The notes beneath the pieces are model-generated. The model made no database searches, was not told the DNA's origin, and saw only the letters and a program-made list of their open reading frames with translations. Source: the human T2T-CHM13v2.0 reference genome, Homo sapiens. From it: a stretch of DNA of 64,000 nucleotides. Each line of letters begins with the position of its first letter. Position 1 is the first letter of the stretch. Position numbers and translations under genes: made by a program. The stretch is from NCBI RefSeq assembly GCF_009914755.1, contig NC_060930.1; one strand, 5' to 3'. Shown in pieces: positions 1 through 57,958 of the stretch.

Positions 1-1301
1 GATCTTTTCAAAAAACCAGCTTCTGGATTCATTGATTTTTTGAAGGGTTTTTTGTATCTGTTTCCTTCAGTTCTGCTCTGATCTTAGTTATTTCTTGCCT
101 TCTGCTAGCTTTTGCGTGTGTTTGCTCTTGCTTCTCTAGTTCTTTTAATTGTGATGTTAGGGTATCAGTTTTAGATCTTTCCTGCTTTCTCTTGTGGGCA
201 TTTAGTGCTATAAATTTCCCTCTACACACTGCTTTGACTGTGTCCCAGAGATTCTGGTATGTTGTGTCTTTGTTCTCACTGGTTTCAAAGAACATCTTTA
301 TTTCTGCCTTCATTTCGTTATGTACCCAGTAGTCATTCAGGAGCAGGTTGTTCAGTTTCCATGTAGTTGAGCAGTTTGGAGTGAGTTTCTTAATCCTGAG
401 TTCTAGTTTGATTGCACTGTGGTCTGAGAGACAGTTTGTTATAATTTCTGTTCTTTTACATTTGCTGAGGAGTGCTTTACTTCCAAGTATGTGGTGAATT
501 TTGGAATAGGTGTGGTGTGGTGCTGAGAAGAATGTATATTCTGTTGATTTGGGGTGGAGAGTTCTGTAGATGTCTATTAGGTCCTCTTGGTGCAGAGCTG
601 AGTTCAGTTCCTGGATATCCTTGTTAACTTTCTGTCTCGCTGATCTAATGTTGACAGTGGGGTGTTAAAGTCTCCCATTATTATTGTGTGGGAGCCTAAG
701 TCTCTTTGTAGGTCACTAAGGACTTGCTTTATGAATCTGGGTGCTCCTGTATTGGGTGCATATATATTTAGGATAGTTAGCTCTTCTTGTTGAATTGATC
801 CCTTTACCATTATGTAATGGCTTTCTTTGTCTCTTTTGATCTTTGCTGGTTTAAAGTCTTTTTTATCAGAGACTAGGATTGCAACCCCTGCCTTTTTTTG
901 TTTTCCATTTTCTTGGTAGATCTTCCTCCATCCCTTTATTTTGAGCCTATGTGTGTCTCTGCACATGAATGGGTTTCCTGAATACAGCACACTGATAGGT
1001 CTTGACTCTTTATCCAATTTGCCAGTCTGTGTCTTTTAATTGGAGCATTTAGCCTATTTACATTTAAGGTTAATATTGTTATGTGTGAATTTGATCCTGT
1101 CATTATGATGTTAGCTGGTTATTTTGCCCGTTAGTTGATGCAGTTTCTTCCTACCCTCAATGATCTTTACAATTTGGCATGTTTTTGCAGTGGCTGGTAC
1201 TGGTTGTTCCTTTCCATGTTTAGTGCTTCCTTCAGGAGCTCTTTTAGGGCAGGCCTGGTGGTGACAAAATCTCTCAGCATTTGCTTGTCTGTAAAGTATT
1301 T
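1..1301 (-). mobile_element. L1PA-type LINE-1, 5'-truncated in ORF1; ORF1 end, inter-ORF spacer and disrupted ORF2 endonuclease region; continues past the window start
   Basis: ORF2 ATG at 1103 (-); translations [38 protein letters not shown]; frameshifted. Confidence 0.95.
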
Positions 1302-1348
1302 AATTACTGGGGTTTTTTAAACACCATCTGAGTTTATGTTTCAAAGAC

Positions 1349-1490
1349 TGGCCCAATATGGTAGCTCACACTTATAATCCCAGTATTTATGGTAGGCCTA
1401 GGCAGGAGGATCACTTAAGCCCAGGATCATCAGCCCTGGCAACACAGTGATACCCCCATGTCTATTATATTTTTTTTATTTAAAAAAAAA
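1349..1490 (+). mobile_element. Alu left monomer (FLAM-like)
   Basis: gtagctcacacttataatcccag...aggatcacttaagcccagg; A-rich tail. Confidence 0.8.
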
Positions 1491-2339
1491 ATGCAAGACA
1501 GGCTAGAGTCAGGGGAATGAGGCACTAGCCTTACTTAAAATTTAGGGGAATACCAAATAACTTGGTGATCACAGTGTATCATATCTTAATGTAATATTTT
1601 TAAAAATCAAAATTAAAACCAAAAAAAGTCATGAGAAACAATATATCAAAAATTTAAATAAAGATCCAAAGAGGTCTGCATTCTGTCATGTTGCTGAACT
1701 AATGTTACTATTATTCATTTGACTCTAGGTGAAGAAAAATAGGTAAGGAATCATGCTGTTTTCTTCTTTGTTGTAAAGATAAAAACAGATCTAAACTTAA
1801 TATCTCCAGCTCATGGCATCATTAGTTTAGTAATATTTTAGTCAAAGTTAGTGAATAGTAACCATTATTTCCTATCATCTACACTTAGGATATGTCACTT
1901 AATTTCAATGTCATTATCTTAACTATGAATCTTCCTAAAGTACTACACTACTTGGAAAACTAAAGGGAAGTTTAAGAAGTAATCCATCATTTCAATTTGC
2001 TACATTTGTGGCATATTTCCATCATTCAGGGCTATTTTACTTGCTTCTGAGTTTATTATATAAATATAGGTATACTCTCAGCTACATAAGACATTTTCTT
2101 TTAGTATTTTGAGATGGGGGAATTTTAAAGAATATGAAAAAAAGGAAAAGATCATCTATATTTTCTTTTAGATTTTCCTTATACGTAACATAGGAATAAT
2201 TTATTTATTGAATAATTGATTTCATTCTATATAGAGCTATCACTACATTTCTTTACTTTCCTATGTAGCAAAACTCCTTAAAAGAGTGGTCTACACTTGA
2301 TATTGTTTCAAACTTCTTCTTCACATTTTTTCTCTTCTT

Positions 2340-3670
2340 AAATTTTTTATCATAAAATAACTTCAATTTATCAAAAATCTGCAAGAATACTCATATACTC
2401 TTTCTCTATATGCACCATTTGTTATATTTTGCAATCTTTGCCTTACTGCACACATTTTTGCTTAACACTTTATTGTACATATGCTACTTTATCACTAAAT
2501 ATTTCAGCATGTATTTTCTAAGAATGAAGGCATTCTTTTGTAACCACACTTCAATTATCAGACATTCAAATAATGTGTTTGGGGTATTTCTGGACAATCA
2601 CTGTGATGTCAACATTCAAGTTTTGAAAGGCACATGTGAAATGAGTATTAAAATATTTATAAATACTGTCTCATGCATAAATCCATATCCAAAATTGTGC
2701 TAATAATGTCATTTATGACATTTTTTCTGATACAGAATCCAGTTAAGGGTCATGCATTGCATTTAGTGCACTGTCTCTGGTATTCATTATTATGAAACAA
2801 TACCTAAGGCTGTCTTTGTCTTTCATGATATTGACATTTTTTAAGAGAGCACAGGCTGATTGTTTTGTGAAGTGTCCTTCAACAATTTTTTCTAATGTTT
2901 CCTCTTTATTAGAATCAGATGTGCATTTGGGGCAGGAACACAATATGTGTGAGGTTGTATCCTCAGTGCATTACATTAGGAAGAGCATGATGTCAGTTTC
3001 TGGTGGCATTAACTAGGGTTACTTAGGGAAGATGATGCCCCCTCCACATTTTTCCACTAAAAACTACCCATTTTTTTCTTCTCCAATTAATAAGTCTTCT
3101 GTGGGTAAATGCTTTGATATTGGGTAATTACCCCATTGCTTTTTAAACTTTCATTTAATAATTTTAGTATCCATTAATGATTCTGGCCTGAATCAGTCAT
3201 TACCATATCGGCTGCAAAATGGTAATTTTCCAGCTCTATTATTTCTTCTACATTTATCAGTTGGCACATTCTACAAGGAAGAGATTTCACTTTTCCTTAT
3301 TTATTTACTTATTTACCTTATCACCTGTATGAACTCATTGGTTCTTACTTCAGCCAATGGTTTACAATCCATTCTTTCGTTATTCATTTTGAGACTCAAA
3401 TTTCCCGTATTTTCTCAGAGAGATCCCTTGATGTTGTCACTTCTGTCATTTTTAAATGATTCCATCATTTTTTGAGCTCCCCCTTATTCTCTAGTATAAC
3501 AAGGTGCTACAGTTCATCTGATACATTTTCCATCCCTGCCCTAGAATTGGCCATTTCACCAAGATAAATCTGGTTCCTATTAGCAAAAAGTCATATTTAA
3601 AAACCAGAATCTGGGTGCTAGAAGTGCTCGTTGCTACTTCTAGGCACTTCTAGAGTGTTGCTGCTTCTAG
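2340..3670 (-). mobile_element. Old L1M (L1MC/ME-like) 3' region
   Basis: Degenerate L1M 3'UTR motifs (cattcttttgtaaccac, gcatttagt, gtatcctcagtgcattacattagg, aatctgggtgctag); boundaries approximate. Confidence 0.6.
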
Positions 3671-3679
3671 GCACACAAT

Positions 3680-4140
3680 ACAATGTGCTCAAGTACTGTG
3701 AATAGTTCATGGCCAACTCTCAGTCTTCATGGTACCTGACCCATTAGCAGCATTTAATTTTAATGATCGCATCTTCCTCCCAGCAATACAATCTTCATGA
3801 AGCTTCTAGGAAATGATGCTCTCTTGGCTTTCCTCTGTCCTTATGGAATACTTCCCAGTCCTCTTTAATTTTCCCTACTTTTCTCTAAACCCATCTAAAG
3901 TCAAGGTAGAGTCTAGAACTCAGGACTTTTTGATCCTTTTCTCATCTGTATCTATACTTACTCCCTAGGTAATGTCATCTGACAACTTTCAAGTTTTTAT
4001 CTCAAGCCCAGTCTTCTCCCTCAAGCTCTGGATTTTATATCCATTTATTTCTACTTAGCACCTTCACCTGAATCTCTGATAGATGTCTAAATACAACATG
4101 TGTAAAACTGAACCACTCCAGACCTGGTCCACCTATAGCC
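3680..4140. mobile_element. L2 fragment
   Basis: ctctcttggctttcctct, atctcaagcccagtcttctccc, atgtgtaaaactgaac resemble L2. Confidence 0.5.
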
Positions 4141-5002
4141 TGCCCTTGAATTATGCCTTTGCAAGCATAATGCAGCCTAAATAACAAACTGATTTTGGTC
4201 ACTCACTGCCATCAGGGAGCACCCATTGTTTCCTCTGCCTCTGCCATCTGTTGTGATTTTTGAGTTCCACAGAGGAAAGGGGGAGATGGGAGAAGGTAGG
4301 ACAGAAGCCCAAATTACTTTACATATGAGCCGTACATTTCCTACTAGACTGTTAAACTGACTCTACATTCAAAATTGGCAGCAGACGTCACTAATGTGGC
4401 CTTAGAGTGATTCATATAATTTCAGCTGAGATAAGAAATATCTTGACAGACATTCAAATAATGTGTTTGGGGTATTTCTGGACAATCACTGTGATGTCAA
4501 CACTCAAGTTTTGAAAGGCACATGTGAAATGAGTATTAAAATATCTCTACTGGCAAGATTAGATTTTTATGGCAACCAGTAAGAGAGAATACACCATTAG
4601 AAAGTAAACACTCTCTGCTTCTTCTCAGGGGCATCCAGGTCACTTTTTGTGCAAGATTATTGATTCCTTTGCCAATTATGTTCCTGGAATATTAGAAACC
4701 ATTTCCTCATGTGTAAACTGGTGTATTTACAACCCTCCTAATTCAGGTGGAAAAATTCATCATACAAGTAACAGTGTGGGATGAGAACTTGGCCTAAATG
4801 TTTGAGTCTCAATTCTGCTGTAGTAGAAAAAGAATAACTGCTCATTTCAAATGCAGGCAGAAGTGTGTGAATTTCACTTAGCATACCAGCATCATTAACA
4901 AGAAAATGAAATTCTTAATTCATATATTTCATGGCCTTCCAAAATTACATTCTGAAACACCTTGACATTTTAGTAAATGTAATATATAAGAAATACTAGT
5001 TA

Positions 5003-5287
5003 GGCCGGGTGCAGTGGCTCTCTCCTATAATCCCAGCACTTTGGGAGGCTCAAGACGAGCCTGGGCAACATGGCAAAAACTTGTCTCCACAAAAAATATA
5101 AATATTAGCTAGGCATGGTGGCACATGCCTGTAGTAGCATCTACTCAGGAGGGTGAGGCGGGAGGATCGCTTGAGCCCAGGAGGCAGAGGTTGAAGTGAG
5201 CCAAGATTGCACCACTGCACTCCAGACTGGATGACAGTGTGAGACCCAGTCTCAAAAAATAAATAAGTAAAAATTAAAAAAAAAACA
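5003..5287 (+). mobile_element. Alu (J/S-type, internal left-arm deletion)
   Basis: ggccgggtgcagtggctc...gagacccagtctc plus A tail. Confidence 0.92.
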
Positions 5288-5462
5288 AATATCAGGTATG
5301 TTCATGAAACATTTCAAATGTAGAGTTCAATAGACCATATTTTTAAAAGTATAGAAAGCATCTTTTAAATTTCTCTTCTTTTAATGCATTTATTTTTACA
5401 GAGTGGAGAAAATTGGCTCTCTTTTAAATATATAAATTTCTTGACTTGATGACTTTCCACAG

Positions 5463-49954
<44,492 letters not shown>

Positions 49955-52724
49955 GGGCCGGCCCAACTTAGACGCGGCTCTCCTCCGGCAGGGCCCCCAG
50001 AGGGCAGAAGCAGCGTGGAGGGGCCCTCACGCAGCAGCCCAGCCACTTTCTGAGTGTTGTCCTGGGGCTCTTTGGAACGCCATCTTCCTCCCACTTACCT
50101 GCCTCCCCTCCTTTTCGCAAATGTACAGAAGCCATTTGTCACCTCAGCATTCGCTGCCGAAATGAGCAACTCCATTCAGTAACGTGGGAGCTGATCCCAC
50201 GGGCAGGCTCTCCCTGCTCCAGGAGAAGACTAGGAGGAAGAATGAGGTGCTCCTGCCGTGTCCGCCTTGTTCCGGGTCGCACTGGAACAGGCAGCAATTC
50301 CTAAGTCCGGAGCGTTTGAGCGTTTGCTATCTGACTGCTGATCTGCGTGACAGAAACACCAGCATATTTGCAACGCCAAGGATATTGGTCTTAAGTGCAA
50401 GAGCACAAATGAGAGTGTGAGAGAAAGTACCTTCTATTTTAATAATAATATTATTATAAAAATAATAAATCTTTTTAACTTTTATATTTTATGCACTAGA
50501 CAATGGATCTGCAACTTTGGACTAAGGTCATTCAATGTACCCAAACTTGAACAGGGGGTTCATTGTTTTGCTATTGACTTTATTATGCCACTTTGGGGCA
50601 GAGACTTGGCATCTTCGCAGTTTAAGAAACCACGTTTCCTATCCAATCCGAAGGGAAGGTGCTGTACAGTTCATTCCTTTGCACCATTAGCCAATCTGTC
50701 TTTTATGGATTCTGTGACATGTTTATATTCACCCATGTACATTTTCTGTAAATACCAAACGCTACTGATTCCCATGCCAAAATACATGAGTATTATGGGA
50801 TTGCTACCTGTATAAACAATGGCACTGTGAAAATACTGTTAGTTTTAATACAAGAGAATGCATTTGTAAATATGGTATAGAGTTTATTAATATACTATTG
50901 TTTGCAGATAAAGGCCTTAACTTTAAACATCTTTCATCTTCTGAAAGCTGCCCAACTTAAATCCTCATAGATGTCTTTCTCAACTGCCTTCCCATGTTCA
51001 TCTGTATGTTTTCCAGCTAAGGTCACAAACCAAAACTGAATAAAGTCTTTGAGGAAACATTTTGGAAACTTCACATGCATTCCGCTTGAGACCATAGTGT
51101 TTAATCTATGGCACCAAGCATCGTTTCCTCAGATTAATGAGACCCTTCAACAAGCCTGAATCAGTCACTTTTCAACACAGCGATGTTTTAACAAGCCAGC
51201 TGCTAAGCTTGTGTTTATGTGACTCTTGTTACAGATCATGGCGGTGCGTCAGCCTCACAGGAGACATAGCAGGTCTCAGAAACCTTCTATGACCCTGTCA
51301 TCTAACCATCAGGGAATTCCCTGCTCCCATGCCACACATTTGTCTATTATGGCTATAGTACCAAAGTACTTTTGGTGTTTGGTTGGTGTGCATTTCTTTA
51401 GTGTCGATAGTAACTGGATTTTTCTTTTTCCTTAATCTCATGTGAACAACTACCCAACTGTTTAGCTGAAGTTCATATTATTTAAGTAAAGAAAATATTT
51501 CAGTTTTATAACAGACTTTACCTTCCTGGCAGGTCATTGTAGTTAATTATGTCTCTAGCTTGGAGTGTCACCTTGGAATTTCGTTGCCATTTTTTCTCAG
51601 ACACCTGGCCGTAAAATCAGTTTGTTACAGCATTCTTCTCTAGGCTGCTAAACGCTGTGCATTGAACCTTTTCTTTAGAAGTTTCAGCGTAACTAATGTT
51701 AGATGAAAATTGTTGATGCCCCTTTCTTTTTACTTTAAACAATGTGGTAGTGGGAGAATGACTGTTTCTGCCACTATCAACCTGATCCTCATGCTGATAG
51801 AATGACAGCTAGCACTTATTTCCTAAGTGCAACTGTTTTAGAGATTTTTCTCCTAACATGCAAAGGAAATACTGATTGGCCTATAATAAGTTCCTATAGG
51901 GAGACTGAGGCTTGCAGAATTAAGGTTCAGGGGAAATTTTGGAAAGTTGGTTGTATTTTCATTGAAGTAGGAGAGATTATCAGATGGTGCTAAAGAAAGT
52001 GTGAAGATCTTATGAAATAGGTGGATGGTAAGTTGAAATTATTGATGTGGGTAAGAAGGGAGGTTGTGGAAAGTTAACACTAGCTTTGTATTTTTTTTTC
52101 TGTAAAACTGTGAACTGATATATTTTCCTTTATCACTTTAGTATTCTGCAGTTCTCAGCTTGGTGAGGCTCCAAAAGAGAATATGTCAGATGTATTCCTA
52201 CTTCCAAACCTGTCTTACTTTGGTTTGATGGTACACATAGGGCTTTTGAACAGTCTATTTTTAATGTATATGAGGTCAAATCAAGGAAGGCAATTGCTGG
52301 GGACAAGAAAAGTAGAGGTAGGAAAGAAGACACTATTTTAGCTAATGGGGTTTCTTGGGACTAAAAAATGGCTTTGTTTAAATTATAATTATATAATAAT
52401 TTAAATAAATGAGATTGGAGGTATTCTTAGTAGTTCTGAGTTGATAGTTTACATTACAATTAGGTCTTGAAGAAGAGCTCACAGAGAAAAAACTACCAAA
52501 TATCCAATGGGTAAGCCCATGATGTAGCCACTAGTACAATAAAAATCTGAAGTAAAATGAGGCATAAACTTGATGCAGCTGCCTCCCTCATTCAACTGGG
52601 GAGTTCTTGAGTTCCTCATTTGTTGGTAAAAAGAAAAAGAATGTGAAAATGTCTCTTTTTTTCTTGGCTATTAGTGGCTGTCTTGCAATATTTCAATAGG
52701 AGTCCAATTACTAGTTAAAACACT

Positions 52725-53087
<363 letters not shown>

Positions 53088-53568
53088 TCAATAGTTGACT
53101 TGCCAGGTTTAATTCTTTCATTGCTTGAGAAGAAAGGAATCAAAGGACTGTGTGTAGTAAGCTGACGGTAAAGTTAAGATTAAATTAAGACAGAGAGAGA
53201 ATACATATCACTGCCAGGCCTGATAGGAAAAATCTGCTCTTCCTTTTAATAACAGTGATGAATTGTCAGGACCTTATTTAGGAAACCCTGACCTACCCAT
53301 AACTCCCTGCTAGGCTAAGTAGAAACCAGGTTATTTCTCCCTGCTTATGGCTCCCCGCAAAGGGACTTGCAGCGTGTCCTGCAACTTTGTCTTCAGATAG
53401 TGCTTCCTACAAAACTAGGTCTTGTTTTGTAATCTTTTCTCGTGTTGAATCAGATCTGCTTACTTATTTAGGTTTGGTTATGAGCTTGTATCTCACTGTA
53501 TTTCTCATGCTTTGTTCTTTTAAACAAATCCTTTAAACTGTGTCATTTTGTATACACATGTGAGGTTT

Positions 53569-53591
53569 GAAAAAAAAAAAAAAAAAAAAAA
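53569..53591 (+). repeat. Genomic poly(A) tract in the 3'UTR
   Basis: About 23 A. Confidence 0.9.
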
Positions 53592-53655
53592 GAACTACCT
53601 TGTGAGTTTTGCTCAAAATGTGGCCTAAGTAGCCATTGGCATGTCTAGATGAACA

Positions 53656-53667
53656 AATAAAAATAAA
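53656..53667 (+). terminator. Tandem canonical poly(A) signals, probable distal PDE7B cleavage/polyadenylation site
   Basis: AATAAAAATAAA; position fits the recalled UTR length. Confidence 0.7.
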
Positions 53668-54753
53668 GATAATTTCTTTAAAATATCACAAGATGAAAAT
53701 ATCCTAATTCTCACCAGGTAACATGTTACCAGTCAATGAATTGGATTCAATAAAAGGATCCCACTGCTCAGGAGAGGAAACATTCGAGGAAAGAACACAG
53801 ATGCAAACATGGCCCACGTGACTCATTCCACTTTGGGGGCTACAGAAACGCCCATGTCCATGAAGGTATCACCTGCTCGTTAGTGCCAAGTTAGGGAAAC
53901 AGGGCCACCATTCAGCTTTACATTTCCCCAGAGTCCTGATATTTTTCTGACTCATATTTGTCAAACTCATATGAATGAGAATGAGGTACAATGTTTTAAG
54001 TTGTAAAAACATAGCCAACTCAGGGCAAGAATTATTTGTGAAAAATATGGTCTCACATTTCAGGATTACTGGCCATGAAGAACAATAGAACAGTTCAGGC
54101 AGAACTGTTCTATTCTAAATCTGGTATTCTAAATCCATCTGGAAATAGAGAAGAAGAAGAACACTGCCAATGTTTCCAATGTTTTCTTGTATCTTTATGT
54201 ATTCTCCCATATTCATTTTATTAAGATCTGTGTTCAGAATCTCTCTGATTCCTTAATGACTCCCATGTTTGAATGCAAAGCTACTTTTTCATTTGTGGAT
54301 GTTCTATATCACAAAGCTAATATCAAAAGAGATGCCCCACTAGTATTTCATGTAAAGGTCAGGCATGGCTTTCAAATGTACACGGGAACCTAGCTGAAAC
54401 ACTGTCAAATAGGCCAAGCCTACATGAGCACTTAGATTTCAATTAAAGAAATACTTATTGAGGAGCTACTATGTGCCAGACATTGTGCTAGATATTGGGA
54501 TTTAAAAAGACCCAGTCCCTCCAGGAGCATTCAGACTTGTGCCAGAGACTGGTGTTACCTGTGAACACTTCTTAGAGAATTTGTGAACAGCTATGATTGC
54601 TCAAATGCAGCTAAAGCTCCCTCCTGGCATACAACACAATAGAAAGCAGATACACTTCCAACACAGAAATGGATCCCAATCCTAGTTCTGTCACTAACTT
54701 ATCCTCTGACTAGACAGAAGTTACTAAAACTGCTATAAAATTATTTCAAGACA

Positions 54754-55049
<296 letters not shown>

Positions 55050-55494
55050 TTATTTCAAGACAATATTTTTTATAGTATTGTTGTGGCAATTAAAAGAGTT
55101 GGCATACAAAAAGGCATCAAGCCTGCTCGCTGGTACATGGTAGATGCTCAATAGATACAGGTTCTCCCTTAAATTACAAACAACTTGCCAAATAGCCGTT
55201 CTTGCATGAATAAGAATGGGGAGAGTTTACAGTGGAGAAAACACAGTAAAGAGTTGGTTTCACATTAGGAAGTCAAACTTCTAATTAAGCCAGAGAGATT
55301 ATTAGAAAAAAAAGTTTAAGTTGTAGCTGATAATGGTTTGAAAATGTAAGATTGGCTTGTCTTAGTCATCTAAGCAATGATGCATCATTGATTCCATTGC
55401 CTGAAATTCAAATTCTCATATTAAATGTGCTGATATAATCTTTAGTATTTTCTTTCCTTTTAAGGAAGCAGTGCAGTAGGGTTTTAAAAGCATT

Positions 55495-55795
55495 GTCAGG
55501 GCACAGTGGCTCACATCTGTAATTGTAGCACTTTGGGAGGCTGACGCAAGAGGATTGCTTGAGTCCAGGAATTTGAGACCTGCCTGGGCAACCTAGACCC
55601 CATCTCTACAAAAAAAAATTTAAAAATAATACATAAAGTGTTGGCTTTGGACTGGGTACAGTGGCTTACCCCTGTATCTTAGCACTTTGGTAGGCCAAGG
55701 TGGGAGGATCACTTGAGGCCAAGAGTTCAAGACCAGCATGAGCAACACAGCAAGACCCCTGTCTCTTGCTGTAAAAAGTAATTAAAAAAAAAAAT
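55495..55795 (+). mobile_element. Two adjacent FLAM-like Alu monomers (~55495-55625, ~55650-55795) followed by a MIR to ~56010
   Basis: Two left-monomer sequences, each with an A-rich tail; MIR gctttggagtcagac resumes after them. Confidence 0.8.
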
Positions 55796-56467
55796 GTGGG
55801 CTTTGGAGTCAGACCAGAATTTAAATCCCTCATTATCATTAACTACCTAACCCTAGGCGATTTATTTAATCTCTCTGAGCCTCCATCTCCTCATGCATAA
55901 AATGATAGTAACATCAACCTCCTGGGTGGTCATGAGGATGAAAGTAAATAACATACATAAAATATATAGCATAATTTCTAGCAAAAAGGGAGTACTCAAA
56001 ACATGTAAATTCCTACATCACTTAAGGAAAAAATATCTACAAAGTGGAAGTTAGGATGCATCTTTCACTTTCTATAGATTGTGCCAATTTTTGTGCAAAT
56101 GAAAACAAGTTGCATTAAGAGAGACTGACAGTGACTCTATCTACAGGTGGCCAGGTCGGTCATAAAAATAATCCTTGTATTATGGACAAAAAAACTATTT
56201 TAAAATGTGATTCAAGAAAAAAGACAGTGACCCAGAGGTGCTAAGGATACACTGGTAAGACCAAGGACAAATAAGGGACTATTTCTTGTGGTTTTAAAGT
56301 AAATATTCCTCAGCTCAGCGAGAGAGAACTAGTCCATCTGGTTAATCTAAGACTTTCCTGGAGTTGACAAGAATACAACCCTGGCTAGACAGAAGCATTA
56401 GTTAAATAAGCAAAACTTGATAACCTGTCAAGTTTTCATGAAGTCCATTCAAATCCTACAATTCCTA

Positions 56468-56800
<333 letters not shown>

Positions 56801-56850
56801 AACTCAATTCTAAACTAACATTTTCCAAATTGCATAAAAATGTATGTGCC

Positions 56851-57131
56851 CAAAGATGTCTGTTAAGTGTTCCCTGAAAAAAAAAAATGGATTCGTAGCC
56901 AAAGAATTATGAGAAACGATGAATTAAAGACATAGGTTTTGCTCAAAGATATTTGTTAAGTGTTCTCTGGGGGAAAAAATGGCTTCATAGTCAACGAATT
57001 TTGAGAAACAATGGATTAATACATAAGTTTTGCTCAAAGATGTTTGTTAAGCGTTTCCTGGAAAAAAAAAAAAAAGGCTTCATAGTCAAAGAATTTTGAG
57101 AAACAACGGATTAAATGCGTAGGTGTTGCTC
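56851..57131. repeat. Three-copy ~93-bp tandem repeat
   Basis: Units start CAAAGAT at 56851, 56944 and 57035, each ending TTGCT. Confidence 0.9.
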
Positions 57132-57349
57132 CTGTCTGCTTCCCAGAACTCTCAAGTGCTAATGGACATCTTCAACAAGGTGATACAGATGACATTGTCT
57201 GGATCTAGTTTTGATTTCTTATCACAAAAATCTTCCTTAACTATTGCAACCCAGGATGATCTATCATTTTATCATTAGTGATTGTTAGCTGTTTTGTATT
57301 GTCATTAATGATGTATGTGTATGTGTTCTGCCCAATTTGAGGTATAATT

Positions 57350-57570
57350 TGGCATGGTGGTTAACTTGCCCAAGTTTGTGGCTTGACTTTACCACTTAGT
57401 AGGTATCTGACCTTGGGAGAGTTTTCAAACTTTCTGTGCCTCAGTTTCTTCATCTGTAAAATGGTGATAAAAATATGACCTATTTCATAAGGGTTTTGAA
57501 GATTAAGAGTTGAGGCATGGAAAGCCCTTTGAATGATGCCTGCCACAGAGAAAGCACTAAGTATTAGCAA
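57350..57570 (+). mobile_element. MIR
   Basis: gcctcagtttcttcatctgtaaaatgg. Confidence 0.75.
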
Positions 57571-57660
57571 AAACCATTATCTTCTCCCTTCATCCCCCTC
57601 TTGACTTGACTTGTAAGCTCTTTGATAACAGGGATAACTACCCTTTTAAAAACTACTCTT

Positions 57661-57958
<298 letters not shown>

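Noticed and set aside
29-1017. Endonuclease-like ORFs
   Set aside because: Frameshifted L1 ORF2 remnants.
53569-53591. A-tract suggesting a retrocopy tail or transcript end
   Set aside because: No TSD or recognisable upstream element. It is more relevant as an oligo-dT internal-priming artefact ~100 nt before the true signal.
56851-57131. CRISPR-like array
   Set aside because: Eukaryotic context, and whole units repeat with no unique spacers.
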